This document shows positions 27,148 through 38,210 of a stretch of 61,984 nucleotides of DNA, one piece after another. Made by a program: the position numbers and the translations under genes. Positions within the stretch are counted from its first letter, which is position 1, and every line of letters begins with the position of its first letter. The stretch lies in assembly GCA_964471825.1 (NCBI GenBank), contig CAYYKD010000002.1, positions 68,901-130,884 of the forward strand. Reading direction: 5' to 3'. The stretch is from an uncultured Spirochaetales bacterium (lineage in GTDB: Bacteria > Spirochaetota > GWE2-31-10 > CAYYKD01). The notes under the pieces are model-generated. The model saw nothing but the letters and a program-made list of their open reading frames with translations, was not told the origin of the DNA and did not search any database.

Positions 27148-27940
27148 AGTTTAGTATTATTGAGATGAGGTCATTTTCAGCCTTCTGTGCGATCTCAATT
27201 ACTTTGTTATGATCAAGTCGTTGTGTTGTAACACCTGAAGTATAATTTGATATGCAGCTTATACCTACAGTTTTGATGCCGCAGTGGTTTGAAACAATAC
27301 ACTCAGGCACAGTAGACATTCCAACAACATCACCACCAATCTGTCTGAAGAAGTTGACCTCTGATGGCGTCTCAAAACTTGGTCCTGAAACTCCTACATA
27401 CACACCCTCTTTGAGCGGGATGGGAGAGAATTGTTTTAATGTTTTAATAAGAGCCAGGTCGTATGGTTCTGACATATCAACAAATTTGGGACCATGTTCA
27501 CTTATGTTTTTACCAATTAGAGGGTTTGTTCCCATCATATTGATATGATCTGTTAATACTATTAGTTCACCTGGCTTTAGTTCCTTCTTAAGTGAGCCTG
27601 CTGAGTTAGTTATAACGAGGTATTTTACACCTAGCTCCTTCATAATTCTAACCGGCATTACAACTTTGCTCATCGGAAAGCCCTCGTAGTAATGAATTCG
27701 TCCAACAAAACATAAAACTTTTTTATCGGCGATCTCTGAGAATATTAGTTTGCCTTCATGACTCTTAACTGATGGCACCGGGAAGTCGGGAATATCACTA
27801 TATGGGATCTCTATACCCTTAATAGATTTTGCAAATCCACCAAGTCCTGTTCCGAGTATAATTGCAATATCAGCGGTATCTGTCTTAATTTTAGAGCGGA
27901 TAAAGTCTGCAGATCTTTTAATTACTTCAAGTTCAGTCAT
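27131..27940 (-). CDS. punA: Purine nucleoside phosphorylase I (trimeric family)
   Basis: IILGTGLG, VKSHEGKL, GRIHYYEG, ITNSAGSL, DHINM, GPSFETPSE and VGMSTVPE. Confidence 0.94.
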   Translation of the reverse strand: MTELEVIKRSADFIRSKIKTDTADIAIILGTGLGGFAKSIKGIEIPYSDIPDFPVPSVKSHEGKLIFSEIADKKVLCFVGRIHYYEGFPMSKVVMPVRIMKELGVKYLVITNSAGSLKKELKPGELIVLTDHINMMGTNPLIGKNISEHGPKFVDMSEPYDLALIKTLKQFSPIPLKEGVYVGVSGPSFETPSEVNFFRQIGGDVVGMSTVPECIVSNHCGIKTVGISCISNYTSGVTTQRLDHNKVIEIAQKAENDLISIILNFIGCL

Positions 27941-28064
27941 ATCGTCTTCCTTTGTTAACTATCATCAATAGAATTAATTCATACAATTTTGTATACACCT
28001 TTTCCATAACTGTATAATATAATAAAATTTAATTAATTGCTAATTCATTTTTATAATTTATTTT

Positions 28065-28769
28065 TTATTGATTGTCATTCTTTAAAACAAATTTCGACTT
28101 TAACTTTAAAACCAGTATCAAAAGTATAATCCCTATAATCGATGCAATACCGATTAGTGAAAATATTTCATTAAGTTTAGAATTTGATAGCGTGTTGTTG
28201 TTTATCAAATTGCCTAATAATACATGAAGAATTGTTACAGGGATTATCCCAATTGCAGAGTAAAAGAGATAGCTTGAGGTCTTCAATGAAGAAAGTCCAT
28301 AGGTTATATTTTGAATGTTATATGGAAAAATAAACAATAGCCTGAAAAAAAGAACAGCAAAACCTTTATATTTGGCAATGTATTGTTCAAGTAAAAGCAT
28401 TGTCCGGTTAGCTCCAAACCTTTTTTTAAATTCATCTCTAAATATGAACCTCGTTGACAGAAAAGAAGTTAACAGTCCTAGTGTCATTCCAATCCAAGCA
28501 ATTAAGAAGCCGTATTTGATTCCATAGAGATAGCCTGCTAAAAAATTAAAAAAAAGTGTCGGCATCATAGCGACATTAAAAATTGTATAGAATGTAATTA
28601 TTATAATTGGAGCAAGAAGTCCAAAATCCAGGATAATATTTTTGACTTGAGTGATATTATCATAGTTGAAAAACCTGTTAAGCCTAAAAGAAAAGAATAC
28701 AATTATTACAGAAGTTATGATAGTTAATAATAATAATCTAATAATGTTTTTTGGTAGAAATATCCACAT
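28065..28769 (-). CDS. TVP38/TMEM64 (VTT, DedA superfamily) membrane protein
   Basis: AGYLYGIKYG...GMTLG, FFRLLFIFPYNIQN..YG, YSAIGIIP. Confidence 0.88.
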   Translation of the reverse strand: MWIFLPKNIIRLLLLTIITSVIIVFFSFRLNRFFNYDNITQVKNIILDFGLLAPIIIITFYTIFNVAMMPTLFFNFLAGYLYGIKYGFLIAWIGMTLGLLTSFLSTRFIFRDEFKKRFGANRTMLLLEQYIAKYKGFAVLFFRLLFIFPYNIQNITYGLSSLKTSSYLFYSAIGIIPVTILHVLLGNLINNNTLSNSKLNEIFSLIGIASIIGIILLILVLKLKSKFVLKNDNQ

Positions 28770-29009
28770 ATTACCCCTCCATTCTAAAAATTTTTTATCG
28801 TAAATCCACCTGTTTCTTATGTTATTATTTGAGCAATTTAAACTAAATTTTTAGCATTATACTTCATTATAGTCAAGATTAATAATTTGCACATAATAAT
28901 TTGCACCCAACTATGCAACTCTGCGATCATCAGATTTTTTTTCATTTTTTCCTTGCATAAATTAGTGAGTTATTTTATATATTTTTAGTGATGTTTTGAA
29001 TAATTATAG

Positions 29010-29108
29010 GGGGCAGTCCATTAAGTCGAGAAATTTTTATTTGTACCGGTTAATTGCCGGCGTAAAACGAGTAAAAATCGTTTATAAACCGACTTAGTGG
29101 ACAGCCTC
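29010..29108. mobile_element. MITE-like 99-bp element with 19-bp imperfect TIRs (GAGGCTGTCCACTAAGTCG type)
   Basis: GGGGCAGTCCATTAAGTCG (29010-29028) versus CGACTTAGTGGACAGCCTC (29090-29108): 16/19 complementary. Flanks ATAG and ATAT. Confidence 0.6.
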
Positions 29109-29133
29109 ATATAGGTATAGGAATAGGTTTGAG

Positions 29134-29168
29134 CTTCTAAAAACCTTAATACATAAGGTTTTTAGAAG
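29134..29168. repeat. REP-like perfect hairpin CTTCTAAAAACCTTA-ATACA-TAAGGTTTTTAGAAG
   Basis: 15-bp perfect inverted arms with a 5-nt loop, upstream of the SBP gene. Confidence 0.65.
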
Positions 29169-29205
29169 TGTCCTATAATTTTGTTGATAAATCTGAGGTC
29201 TATTT

Positions 29206-29988
29206 GTGAAAATCTGGTATTTTGTTTTAATATCTACACTATATGTAGTTTCTGTTTTTAGTAATGATAGTCAGAGAAGATATATAGAGGTTGCCTTCTA
29301 TGAGTATGGATATCTCTACAATATGGGGGTTGGGATCGATCGTGATATTATTACAGAGGTTTCAAAAAGGACCGGATATTTTTTTGAACCGGTAGTGTTA
29401 GCTCGTGCAAGGATATGGAGTGATCTAAAAAACGGGAAACTTGATATGAGTGTCTCCGGCATACAGAATGAAGAACGGGATACTTTTGCATGGTTTGTAC
29501 ATTATATGATTATTAAAAATTATGCTGTACTAAGGAAGGCGGATATTAAAAATATTAAGAATGCTGAAGATTTTATAGTACAGGGGCATCTTCTATTCGG
29601 TGCAGTAACAGCTTTTAAGCACGGCCTCATGCAGGACAGATGGCTCGATATTCTTAGAACTCAAAATAGGGTAGAGTATTCGCAATCAGCAGACGCGATT
29701 TTTAAAAAAATAAGGGATGGGCGGGTAAATGCGGTTTTTTCACAGCCTCCTGTATATAATAAATATTTAAAAGATTTAATGATGGAAAATATTGTTGTCA
29801 TACAGGACTGGACTCCGGAAGAGAACGGTATTAAACATGGGCTAATTCTTTCTAAAAAAGTATTCACAGAATCAGATGCAGTTTTTTTTAGAAAGATAAT
29901 TTCTGATATGAAAAATGATGGAACTTTAAGAAGGATCTATTTAAGGTATCTGCCTGAAAATATCGTAAAAAAGATGTTGGACTTTTAA
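29206..29988 (+). CDS. Extracytoplasmic solute-binding protein, family 3 (amino-acid-type fold)
   Basis: GTG start with signal peptide; GIDRDII.EVSKR.G, ARIWSDLKNGKLDM..SG...EER and IRDGRVNAVF. Confidence 0.82.
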   Translation: MKIWYFVLISTLYVVSVFSNDSQRRYIEVAFYEYGYLYNMGVGIDRDIITEVSKRTGYFFEPVVLARARIWSDLKNGKLDMSVSGIQNEERDTFAWFVHYMIIKNYAVLRKADIKNIKNAEDFIVQGHLLFGAVTAFKHGLMQDRWLDILRTQNRVEYSQSADAIFKKIRDGRVNAVFSQPPVYNKYLKDLMMENIVVIQDWTPEENGIKHGLILSKKVFTESDAVFFRKIISDMKNDGTLRRIYLRYLPENIVKKMLDF

Positions 29989-30045
29989 ACCTTTAAAGTT
30001 AATAATAAATTTGATTAAATAATAGAGTAGGGATAGTTTTGTAAT

Positions 30046-32001
30046 ATGATATTAACGAATGATAGTAAAGAAAAAGTAAGTGATAGAATAAAACCGCTCT
30101 CATTAATCCTTCTCGTTAGACTTTTTTCAACATATTTTATAGTGGGGATAGTTTTTGCATTTTTACAGTTATCTATAGAATATGTTAAATTAAAAGAGGA
30201 TATTAGGGAGACACTAAAAGGACTAACCAGAACATTCTCTCCTGCAATAAGTTCTGCTATATGGGATTATCAGATCCATCACATTGATGCAATAGTTAAG
30301 GGGATATCCTCTAATCCATTGGTTGCATCTGTTATAATATCTGATAATGAGGGTACGATTCTTTCTGAATGGAAGAGTAGTGACATTGATATAATATCTG
30401 AAGATCTAACTGTCAGATTTAACTTGATCAGATTTACAGGGAGCGGAGATGAGCGGGTGCTTGGTGAGTTAGTTATGTCATCAAGCAGTAAGTTTATTAG
30501 ACGGAATATTCTAAGGATATTACTAAGTGGATTAACTTTGTGGTTTACCCTATTTTTTGTATTGATAGTTATTCTATGGATTAATACTAATAATCTCATA
30601 GTTATGCCGCTCTCTACATTTTCGTCTCAGGTTAGAGAGTTAATAAATGGGGATCTTGATAGAGAGATCAATATAAAGGACCTGAGAATTTATGAGATCT
30701 ATAAACTTGCAGATTTTTTTAATCAACTTATGCATAGGGTATCAGATTCACGAAATCAGATAGCAGTTTATGCAAATGAACTTGAAAGGATGGTAGATGA
30801 ACGAACTAAAGAGTTGTATGAGGCAAAGGAGAGGGCAGAGAGGGCAAGTCGTGCAAAGTCCGAGTTTCTTGCTAATATGAGTCATGAGATAAGAACCCCA
30901 TTAAATGGAATAATTGGATTTACTGGTTTGTTGCTAAAAACAGAAATTGACAGAGAGCAGGCAGACTTTGTAAAAAATATTAATACCTCAGGGCAGACTC
31001 TTCTTGGTATAATAAATAATATCCTTGATTTATCAAAGATTGAAGCAGGAAAGATGGAGCTTGAGGTAATTAAGACAGATATATATAAGATGATAGAGCA
31101 GTGTGCGGATATTGTGAGATTTCAGATTGAAAATAAGGGACTTGAATTGATCCTTACATTTGCAAATGATATGCCGAGGTATGGATTTTTTGATCCGTTG
31201 AGGTTACGACAGATTTTGATAAATCTTCTCAATAACAGTATAAAGTTTACAGAGTCTGGTGAGGTGGAGCTTAAAGTACATTTTACTGATCATGGATCAG
31301 GCTGGGGTAAATATACATTCTCGGTTAGAGATACAGGTATTGGTATAAGTGAGTCTCAGAAATCTAAACTCTTTTCAGCCTTTACACAGGGGGATAACTC
31401 AACTACAAGGCGTTACGGAGGGACGGGGCTTGGGCTTACAATATCAAGTCTATTGGCAGAAATGATGCATAGTAAGATTAGTATTAAAAGTGTGCTGGGT
31501 AATGGTAGTGTCTTTTATTTTTCGATAGAGACAGAATATGAACATGACATAAATGGTGAAAAAGGAGTAATTGATAATGTTGATAGGTTAGATGATAATG
31601 ATTTTAAGAATACTGTAAAGAGTGAACCTATCATATTGATTGCTGAAGATGTTAGTATAAATATGCTATTAATTACATCACTTATCTATGATATAATTCA
31701 AAAACCGGTTATTATTGATGCATTAAATGGTGAGCAGGCAGTAGAGAAGTTTAAAAGAGCCAGACCGGATATTGTACTCATGGATATTCATATGCCTGAG
31801 CTGGATGGACTTAATGCCACCAGACAGATTCGAGTCTATGAGGAAAAGCATGGATTTCATACTCCTATAATTGCCTTGACAGCAGGTGCATTTGACAAAG
31901 AGAAGGAGAGCTGTTTTGAAGCCGGTATGGATGATTTTTTGACCAAACCTATTGATATTTCCGAGTTAAAGAGGGTTCTAAAGAAATACCTTGGAAAATA
32001 G
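30046..32001 (+). CDS. Hybrid sensor histidine kinase (2TM-HAMP-HisKA-HATPase-REC)
   Basis: H-box [17 protein letters not shown]-box [29 protein letters not shown]; receiver [12 protein letters not shown]...KP. Confidence 0.95.
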   Translation: MILTNDSKEKVSDRIKPLSLILLVRLFSTYFIVGIVFAFLQLSIEYVKLKEDIRETLKGLTRTFSPAISSAIWDYQIHHIDAIVKGISSNPLVASVIISDNEGTILSEWKSSDIDIISEDLTVRFNLIRFTGSGDERVLGELVMSSSSKFIRRNILRILLSGLTLWFTLFFVLIVILWINTNNLIVMPLSTFSSQVRELINGDLDREINIKDLRIYEIYKLADFFNQLMHRVSDSRNQIAVYANELERMVDERTKELYEAKERAERASRAKSEFLANMSHEIRTPLNGIIGFTGLLLKTEIDREQADFVKNINTSGQTLLGIINNILDLSKIEAGKMELEVIKTDIYKMIEQCADIVRFQIENKGLELILTFANDMPRYGFFDPLRLRQILINLLNNSIKFTESGEVELKVHFTDHGSGWGKYTFSVRDTGIGISESQKSKLFSAFTQGDNSTTRRYGGTGLGLTISSLLAEMMHSKISIKSVLGNGSVFYFSIETEYEHDINGEKGVIDNVDRLDDNDFKNTVKSEPIILIAEDVSINMLLITSLIYDIIQKPVIIDALNGEQAVEKFKRARPDIVLMDIHMPELDGLNATRQIRVYEEKHGFHTPIIALTAGAFDKEKESCFEAGMDDFLTKPIDISELKRVLKKYLGK

Positions 32002-32012
32002 TGTGAATTGCA

Positions 32013-32080
32013 AGTGTCGGGTTTTAAGTGTCTCTGAAAGCATGACAGTGTCGGCTTTTAAGCGTCTCTGTATGCATGAC
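32013..32080. repeat. Tandem duplication of a 34-bp unit (30/34 identical) between convergent genes
   Basis: AGTGTCGGGTTTTAAGTGTCTCTGAAAGCATGAC (32013-32046) and AGTGTCGGCTTTTAAGCGTCTCTGTATGCATGAC (32047-32080). Confidence 0.85.
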
Positions 32081-34788
32081 TAGAGTTTGTAGTATTTAGA
32101 TTCAAACAGTGTTCTGAGCTTTTCGAGTTTGTCCGTTTCTCCCTGAGTTGTGTAGAGTGTAAAGAGGCGATTGAATGCTTGGTATACCATATAGACATCG
32201 GTTGGATAGGCATAGTGGATTTTTATAAGATCGGTTATCGCCTCTTCGATCATTCCGGTTTCGATTTTAGAGAGCCCTTCATAGTACAACAATTCACTTG
32301 ACAGGTTGATTCTTGCATTCTGAGGTATAGAAGAAAAAAGGTTTAATACCGCATTATACTCCTTAGATTCATAGTGTATTCTAACCAGCTGTGTTAATGC
32401 TTCCAGAATGTTTTTGTCCGTTAATTGCTTTTCTCTTATAAAGTCTTCTAGTGTTTTCTTGTATTGCCTGATATCAGTTGAATAGAGATTAAAATAATTA
32501 TCAAGAAGACTGTACTTTTTTATTTGCTCATTTATTAACGGGCTATTTAGATATTCAAAATCTCTCTCTCTATGAACCGCCAAGACAAATTTACTATCGA
32601 AAATCTCACTCTGAATTGAACCTTTAGCTTTTATCAATATGTCAATGGCTTTTTTATAGTTGTCTGAATAGGTATAGGTATCAATGATTGATATGATCTG
32701 AGAAGCAGAGAGGTCATTCAAAGGGTAATCTGATATCAAGTCAGCATATTTGACTGCATTATTAAAGTCATTTATTCTTTTATAGGCATCATGTTTAATA
32801 TAAACTATTTCACGAGTTAAACTATTTCTAAAGACTTCATCTGCTCTTTTAGTGTCCTTAAATTTGAGGAAAAATCTAAAAAATTCACCATTGATCTGTG
32901 TGTTATCTAATAATTGAATGTTTTTTTTGTGCTTATCGAAATTTTTGATGATTTCATTGTTGTTTTCAATAGCGATTGTCGTTTTTAAGAATAGACTAAG
33001 GTTTTCGGTGTAGAATGGTTCATATATAGTTCTGTATTCTTCAATATTTGCAGAGGTCATAGCCGCAGCACTTTCAAGGTCATTAGTTTTAAAAAATGCA
33101 AATGCCAGATAGTATTTTTCTGTTAATGACCGGGTTTTTTTTGATTTAATAAATGAAATAATATCTGTATATCTGTCTGTTCTAAGAAAACAGAGTGATA
33201 TTTTTTCAGTGATATTGTTTAGCTCACCATATTTAGCATAGTATTCCTGATACAGCTTTAATGCCTTTTCAAAGTCCTTAATATTAAAATGTGCGTTTCC
33301 GGACTGAAGGAGAACAAAACTTTTTCTTTCATCACTTACATCTTGTCTGAGGTAGACCTCAAAATTTCTTATGGCAGAACCGTATTCCCATAGATAGAAA
33401 TAGAGTTCACCCTTTTCTGCAAAGGATTCATAGTAGAGTTTGTCTTTTTTATTCATCTTCTCAATTTCTGCAAGGTAGTTTATCGCCTCACTATATTTTT
33501 TTTTGCTCTTCAGGATCATGGCAATAATGTAGTTTACTGAGTCCGATCTCTCAGACCCGGAAAATAACTTAGACCACTCAGTCAAAAATATCAGTGATGA
33601 ATCGTAGTTTTTTCTGTTATATAATGTTTCTCCGGTTTTATAGTAGAGGTAGTTTTTCAATTCAGGTTCGTAGTCTGAAAATCTATTAGAATACTTTGAA
33701 AGTTCAATTATTGTGCTTGGATTTGCAGTCTTGTCAGCAGATATAAATGCACATAGGAATGCCTGTGTATCCAGAGTTTTTAGATTAGCCTGTTTAAAGT
33801 ACTTTAATGCCGATTTGTAGTCTGATATTTTATAGTATAGTTCACCCAGTCGTTTGAAATACTTCTTATCACCTGACTCTTTTAGGATCTTAATTGCATC
33901 ATTGTATTTTGAGTCAGCAATTAGGGTGTCTGTAATAAACTCTGTCATCTCTCTCTGTGCCTTTTTTACGCCGAGAGAGGCATATAGAAGTTCTCTTGCA
34001 TCTTGAAATTTTCCTGTATTATAGAGACTGTATGCAGCATATTTAATTGACTCATGGTCATTTTTTTTGGTAATATTGTTTACTTCACTGGTGATTTTAT
34101 CGAATTGAGCAAGATTGTATAGAGCTCTTATTCGATTTCGTTCAAGAATGATCTGTTCCTCATTTTTAAAGAGATTTTCTTTTAAAATTTCGTTAATATA
34201 GCGAAGGAGCTTCTCATCATCCTTGATATTGGCCAGATTGTTGTGAAGCATTTTAAGAATTGGCACTCTAAATAACCTGTAATTTTTGTGCTTCAGATAT
34301 TCCAGAGAGGCACTTTCTGCAAGTTCAAGCTGATTTAGTTTGTATTTGTTTGTTATTGAATAGTATGAGATAACCTCAGTTTGATTTTCATCAAATACTA
34401 TTTTGCCTGATTGACTTAGTAATAATTCTGATTCATCAGCTAAACCGACCATTGAGGTAAGTACAATTAAATTGTAGTATAGGTCACTCTCATATTCAAA
34501 CTTTTTTATCTCAGTTAGTGGTTTGAGGGTTACAATTGCATCTCTAAGTTTCCCTGTTTTAATAAGTGCGAGTCCTGAAAAGTAGATAGCGTTCTTATTA
34601 AATTTGGATTTAGGATAGTTCAGAATAAATCGGTTAAACGAATTAAGTGCAGAGTCGTAGAATCCATCGTCAAATAGTTTAAGAGCTATGCGATAATCCT
34701 CAAAATCCCCCGCGTAAAGAGTAAATGAACCCATAAGTAGAAGTAAAGTAATAACTGTCTTTTTGATAAAATTTACTCTGGTTTTCAC
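32080..34788 (-). CDS. Large secreted tetratricopeptide-repeat protein (BamD/CpoB-like N-terminus)
   Basis: GTG start with RBS AAAGAGG and signal peptide; DYRIALKLFDDGFYDSAL..F..F...YPKS, and many Y..GE.YY...Y..A repeats. Confidence 0.82.
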   Translation of the reverse strand: MKTRVNFIKKTVITLLLLMGSFTLYAGDFEDYRIALKLFDDGFYDSALNSFNRFILNYPKSKFNKNAIYFSGLALIKTGKLRDAIVTLKPLTEIKKFEYESDLYYNLIVLTSMVGLADESELLLSQSGKIVFDENQTEVISYYSITNKYKLNQLELAESASLEYLKHKNYRLFRVPILKMLHNNLANIKDDEKLLRYINEILKENLFKNEEQIILERNRIRALYNLAQFDKITSEVNNITKKNDHESIKYAAYSLYNTGKFQDARELLYASLGVKKAQREMTEFITDTLIADSKYNDAIKILKESGDKKYFKRLGELYYKISDYKSALKYFKQANLKTLDTQAFLCAFISADKTANPSTIIELSKYSNRFSDYEPELKNYLYYKTGETLYNRKNYDSSLIFLTEWSKLFSGSERSDSVNYIIAMILKSKKKYSEAINYLAEIEKMNKKDKLYYESFAEKGELYFYLWEYGSAIRNFEVYLRQDVSDERKSFVLLQSGNAHFNIKDFEKALKLYQEYYAKYGELNNITEKISLCFLRTDRYTDIISFIKSKKTRSLTEKYYLAFAFFKTNDLESAAAMTSANIEEYRTIYEPFYTENLSLFLKTTIAIENNNEIIKNFDKHKKNIQLLDNTQINGEFFRFFLKFKDTKRADEVFRNSLTREIVYIKHDAYKRINDFNNAVKYADLISDYPLNDLSASQIISIIDTYTYSDNYKKAIDILIKAKGSIQSEIFDSKFVLAVHRERDFEYLNSPLINEQIKKYSLLDNYFNLYSTDIRQYKKTLEDFIREKQLTDKNILEALTQLVRIHYESKEYNAVLNLFSSIPQNARINLSSELLYYEGLSKIETGMIEEAITDLIKIHYAYPTDVYMVYQAFNRLFTLYTTQGETDKLEKLRTLFESKYYKL

Positions 34789-34924
34789 GATTCCTCTTTA
34801 TTAATAAAGCATTTATTTAGTTCTCTCTACTTTATTATTATATTTACAAAGACTCTAATTTATGATACTTGTTATCATAAATTATGTATAAAGTGAACTT
34901 TATTTACAAAAATGAAAGAATTTA

Positions 34925-35863
34925 TTGGGGATGAATATGGATAAAAACTCAAGGATATTTATTGCAGGGCATAGAGGGTTGGTCGGATCTGCTATAGTGA
35001 GGGAACTACAAAGAAATGGTTATAATAACTTAATAACCAGAACACGAACTGAGCTGGATCTAAAAGATAGCTATAGAGTTAAAGAATTCTTTGAGACACA
35101 GCGGCCTGATTTTGTATTTCTATCGGCGGCTAAGGTTGGTGGTATTATGGCTAATTCCACAAAAAAAGGCGAGTTTATCTATGAAAACTTGATGATTCAG
35201 TCAAATGTAATTCATAATTCATATTTAACAGGAGTTAAGAAACTTCTGTTTCTCGGCAGTTCATGTATATACCCCAAACTTGCAATGCAACCTTTAAAAG
35301 AGGAGTATCTGCTGTCAGGGTATCTTGAGCCGACAAATGATGCCTATGCGATAGCTAAGATAGCCGGTCTAATTATGTGTAAAAGCTATAATGAGCAATA
35401 CGGCACAGATTTTATCTCTGCTATGCCGACAAACCTATATGGAACTAATGATAACTTTGATCCTATTGGATCCCATGTTCTGCCTGCCTTAGTCAGGAAG
35501 TTTCATGAAGCCAAGATTAACAAATCAGATTTTGTAACAATCTGGGGGACAGGTACCCCCATGCGTGAGTTTCTCTTTGTTGACGACCTAGCCGAGGCAC
35601 TTATATTCTTAATGAATAATTACAGGTCAAATGAGACGATTAATGTTGGAACAGGTGTTGATGTTACAATAAGAGAGCTGGCTGAGACAGTTTCAAAGGT
35701 CGTCGGCTATGGGGGTAAACTTGAGTTTGACACCACCAAGCCTGATGGCACACCGAGGAAGCTTCTTGATGTATCAAAAATAAACAATCTTGGTTGGAAA
35801 TCTCGAACTTCACTTGTAGATGGTATAAAAATAAGCTATGATTGGTTTAAGAGTAATTATTAA
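34925..35863 (+). CDS. fcl: GDP-L-fucose synthase (GDP-4-keto-6-deoxymannose epimerase/reductase)
   Basis: [67 protein letters not shown] and KPDGTPRK. The start may be 34937. Confidence 0.96.
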   Translation: MGMNMDKNSRIFIAGHRGLVGSAIVRELQRNGYNNLITRTRTELDLKDSYRVKEFFETQRPDFVFLSAAKVGGIMANSTKKGEFIYENLMIQSNVIHNSYLTGVKKLLFLGSSCIYPKLAMQPLKEEYLLSGYLEPTNDAYAIAKIAGLIMCKSYNEQYGTDFISAMPTNLYGTNDNFDPIGSHVLPALVRKFHEAKINKSDFVTIWGTGTPMREFLFVDDLAEALIFLMNNYRSNETINVGTGVDVTIRELAETVSKVVGYGGKLEFDTTKPDGTPRKLLDVSKINNLGWKSRTSLVDGIKISYDWFKSNY

Positions 35864-35937
35864 GACTCTTTTTATGTCGCCTGTATTAATTTAATTTTTA
35901 GTAATTTAGTATTTAATAATTAAAAGGAAGAAAGTAA

Positions 35938-37266
35938 TTGAAAAAATCAATAGTTAGAAAAACCTTTATCCTCTATTTACTTTTCGGGATTTTTATGGGG
36001 GTGGTTTTCCCCGGTTATGCCTGGTTTTTCGTTAATTTCAAGTCCAGTTTTCATTTTGTCTTTTTTATAATTGGGTGTGTGGGGGCAGGAATAACAGTTG
36101 GTGCTGTCAGCTTTTTTATTATGAAGAAAAGTATACTAAGGATCATTAAGGGGATCTCTAATTCGATCAACCTGCTTGAGCGGGGGGATGTTGAGTTGGT
36201 TGATGTATTAAAGATCGAGTCAGATGATGAAATCGGGAGTCTTGTTGATTCATTTAACAAGATCGTGACAGAATATAAAGATATAATTGTAAAAAACAGA
36301 TCCGTATTATCCGAGGTCAGAACTATTAGTGATTATCTGGATGAACATATCAACCATGTTAAAGACTCTGCTGATAACATTACTGCCTTTATTGGAAATG
36401 TTAACCAGTTGATATGGTATCTTAGTTCTGAGATAGAGATATCTGATACAAATTGGGATACACAGAACAAATCAACCTTGATTGCTGTAACCCATGTTGT
36501 AGAGTTGTTTACACAGATTGATCTCTTGACCAAGTCTTTACTAAATCAGACTGGTTTTATTACTAATATTTCTGAGGATATAAAAAGCATTAGTGAAAAA
36601 ATCTCAGGAAGTAGCTCCGGTTCACTTGCAGCAAAGAGCAATGAATTGATCGATCATATCAAGGGGACAATTCATCAGTATAGCAGTGATCTAAACTCTA
36701 TTGAGAGTTCAATAATGACAATAACTGAGATATCTCAAAAGACGAACCTTCTGGCAATAAACGCTTCAATAGAAGCAGCTCGTGCCGGTGTGCATGGAGA
36801 GGGATTTAGTGTTGTTGCAACAGAGATTAAGAAGCTTGCAGGAAATGTTCAGAAGATGTCATCTTCTATCCTTGCTGTAATAAAAAAAGTAAAATCTGAT
36901 TTTGATGGTTCAAATCATAAACTTGATCAGACAATCAAGGATTTTGAGCAAAACTATATTACTCTAAAAGGGTCAGGTGAGAACATAATTCTAAGTGTTC
37001 AGGATATATCAAAACTCTATGATGAGGTGCGGGAGAACCACAAATTTCTGGCAAATACCCTTTCTGGGTTAAGAAAAAATATAGTTCTCCTTAGAGACGC
37101 CTCACAGACTTCTAAGAATTCAATAGAGGTAATAAAATCTAACTCCACAAGCGTTACGGATAATATGAATCAGATTCAATCAGATGTTAACTTGATATCA
37201 AATACAATATCTGATGTAGCGTCAGTTGCAATAGATCTTACTGAGAAACTAAAAGAGATAAATTAG
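35938..37266 (+). CDS. Methyl-accepting chemotaxis protein (2TM-HAMP-MA, minimal periplasmic loop)
   Basis: Two adjacent TMs, HAMP ([13 protein letters not shown]), [33 protein letters not shown]. Confidence 0.9.
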   Translation: MKKSIVRKTFILYLLFGIFMGVVFPGYAWFFVNFKSSFHFVFFIIGCVGAGITVGAVSFFIMKKSILRIIKGISNSINLLERGDVELVDVLKIESDDEIGSLVDSFNKIVTEYKDIIVKNRSVLSEVRTISDYLDEHINHVKDSADNITAFIGNVNQLIWYLSSEIEISDTNWDTQNKSTLIAVTHVVELFTQIDLLTKSLLNQTGFITNISEDIKSISEKISGSSSGSLAAKSNELIDHIKGTIHQYSSDLNSIESSIMTITEISQKTNLLAINASIEAARAGVHGEGFSVVATEIKKLAGNVQKMSSSILAVIKKVKSDFDGSNHKLDQTIKDFEQNYITLKGSGENIILSVQDISKLYDEVRENHKFLANTLSGLRKNIVLLRDASQTSKNSIEVIKSNSTSVTDNMNQIQSDVNLISNTISDVASVAIDLTEKLKEIN

Positions 37267-37358
37267 TCTCTCGATAATTTTTTTTTACTCTGTTTTTTTT
37301 CTCTGTATAGATTTACCTTTGTATAGGTTTAACTCTGTATAAATTTCTATAAACTATT

Positions 37359-37778
37359 TTAAAACAAACTACCTCTTGTTGTCAGCTGCCATTTTCCATC
37401 TACTGTTTCAACAATAACCCATTTTGATACCCCTGTTCCATCTTTGTACCAGATAACAGAGGTTACTTCAACAGCATTTTCCATGTCCTCAGCAGGCACA
37501 TGAGAAAGATCAACAGATATTATTGTCTTGTCTTTAGAGATGTAATTGATATACTCAGTATATTCCTGCATCTGCATCTTTGAGGGGCCGACCGGATTGT
37601 TTTTAAAGAGGTTTAATGACTCTTCATACTTACCTTCATTGATTAGTGTAAAAAAAGTTCCTAGAACCCACTCAGGCGAATCCTCTTTATGACCGCTTGC
37701 AAATCCGCTTTTCTCATCAACACATCCGGCTAGCAAAAGTGTTACAAGCCAAGATAAAATTACTAATTTCTTTTTCAT
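37359..37778 (-). CDS. Lipoprotein, NTF2/DUF4878-like
   Basis: Lipobox LLAGC; SPEWVLGTFF..I.EGKYEES...DGKWQL pattern. Confidence 0.6.
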   Translation of the reverse strand: MKKKLVILSWLVTLLLAGCVDEKSGFASGHKEDSPEWVLGTFFTLINEGKYEESLNLFKNNPVGPSKMQMQEYTEYINYISKDKTIISVDLSHVPAEDMENAVEVTSVIWYKDGTGVSKWVIVETVDGKWQLTTRGSLF

Positions 37779-37975
37779 CGTTACTCCTCATGTTATACAT
37801 TAAAAAATATTAATTTAAGTAAATATATCATTCTTATTTTGAATGTCAATTTAATTATTGAATTCTTTTATAAGTACCCTATAATTAGTGCGATTTGTTT
37901 TTTTGCAATAGCGAATTAATTATCAAACCATTTACAGAATCATTGAAAAATATTAAAATTAATTTGTTAGAGCGT

Positions 37976-38081
37976 AATCTTAGGGGACAACCTATGTTGA
38001 CAAACTATGTTGACAAATATCGTGTTGTTGATAGGATTATTTAATTCATTATAAGACAGACATAGGGTGTCCCCTAAGATT
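37976..38081. mobile_element. MITE-like 106-bp element with 22-bp inverted ends (GGGGACA...TGTCCCC core)
   Basis: AATCTTAGGGGACAACCTATGT versus the reverse complement of ACATAGGGTGTCCCCTAAGATT: 21/22 match. Internal 13-bp tandem CTATGTTGACAAA x2. Confidence 0.6.
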
Positions 38082-38210
38082 TACTATGATTCCTAAGATT
38101 ATAATCAGGGGCAATTACATATTTATTTAATTTCTATTTTATTTCTTTGATAATTCAAGTTTTATTGTTAGATTAAATTAAACATTTTGAGAATTAATGG
38201 GAGGTGTATT

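Noticed and set aside
32013-32080. Possible CRISPR repeat (34-bp unit)
   Set aside because: Only two directly adjacent units, no spacer, and no cas genes in the window.
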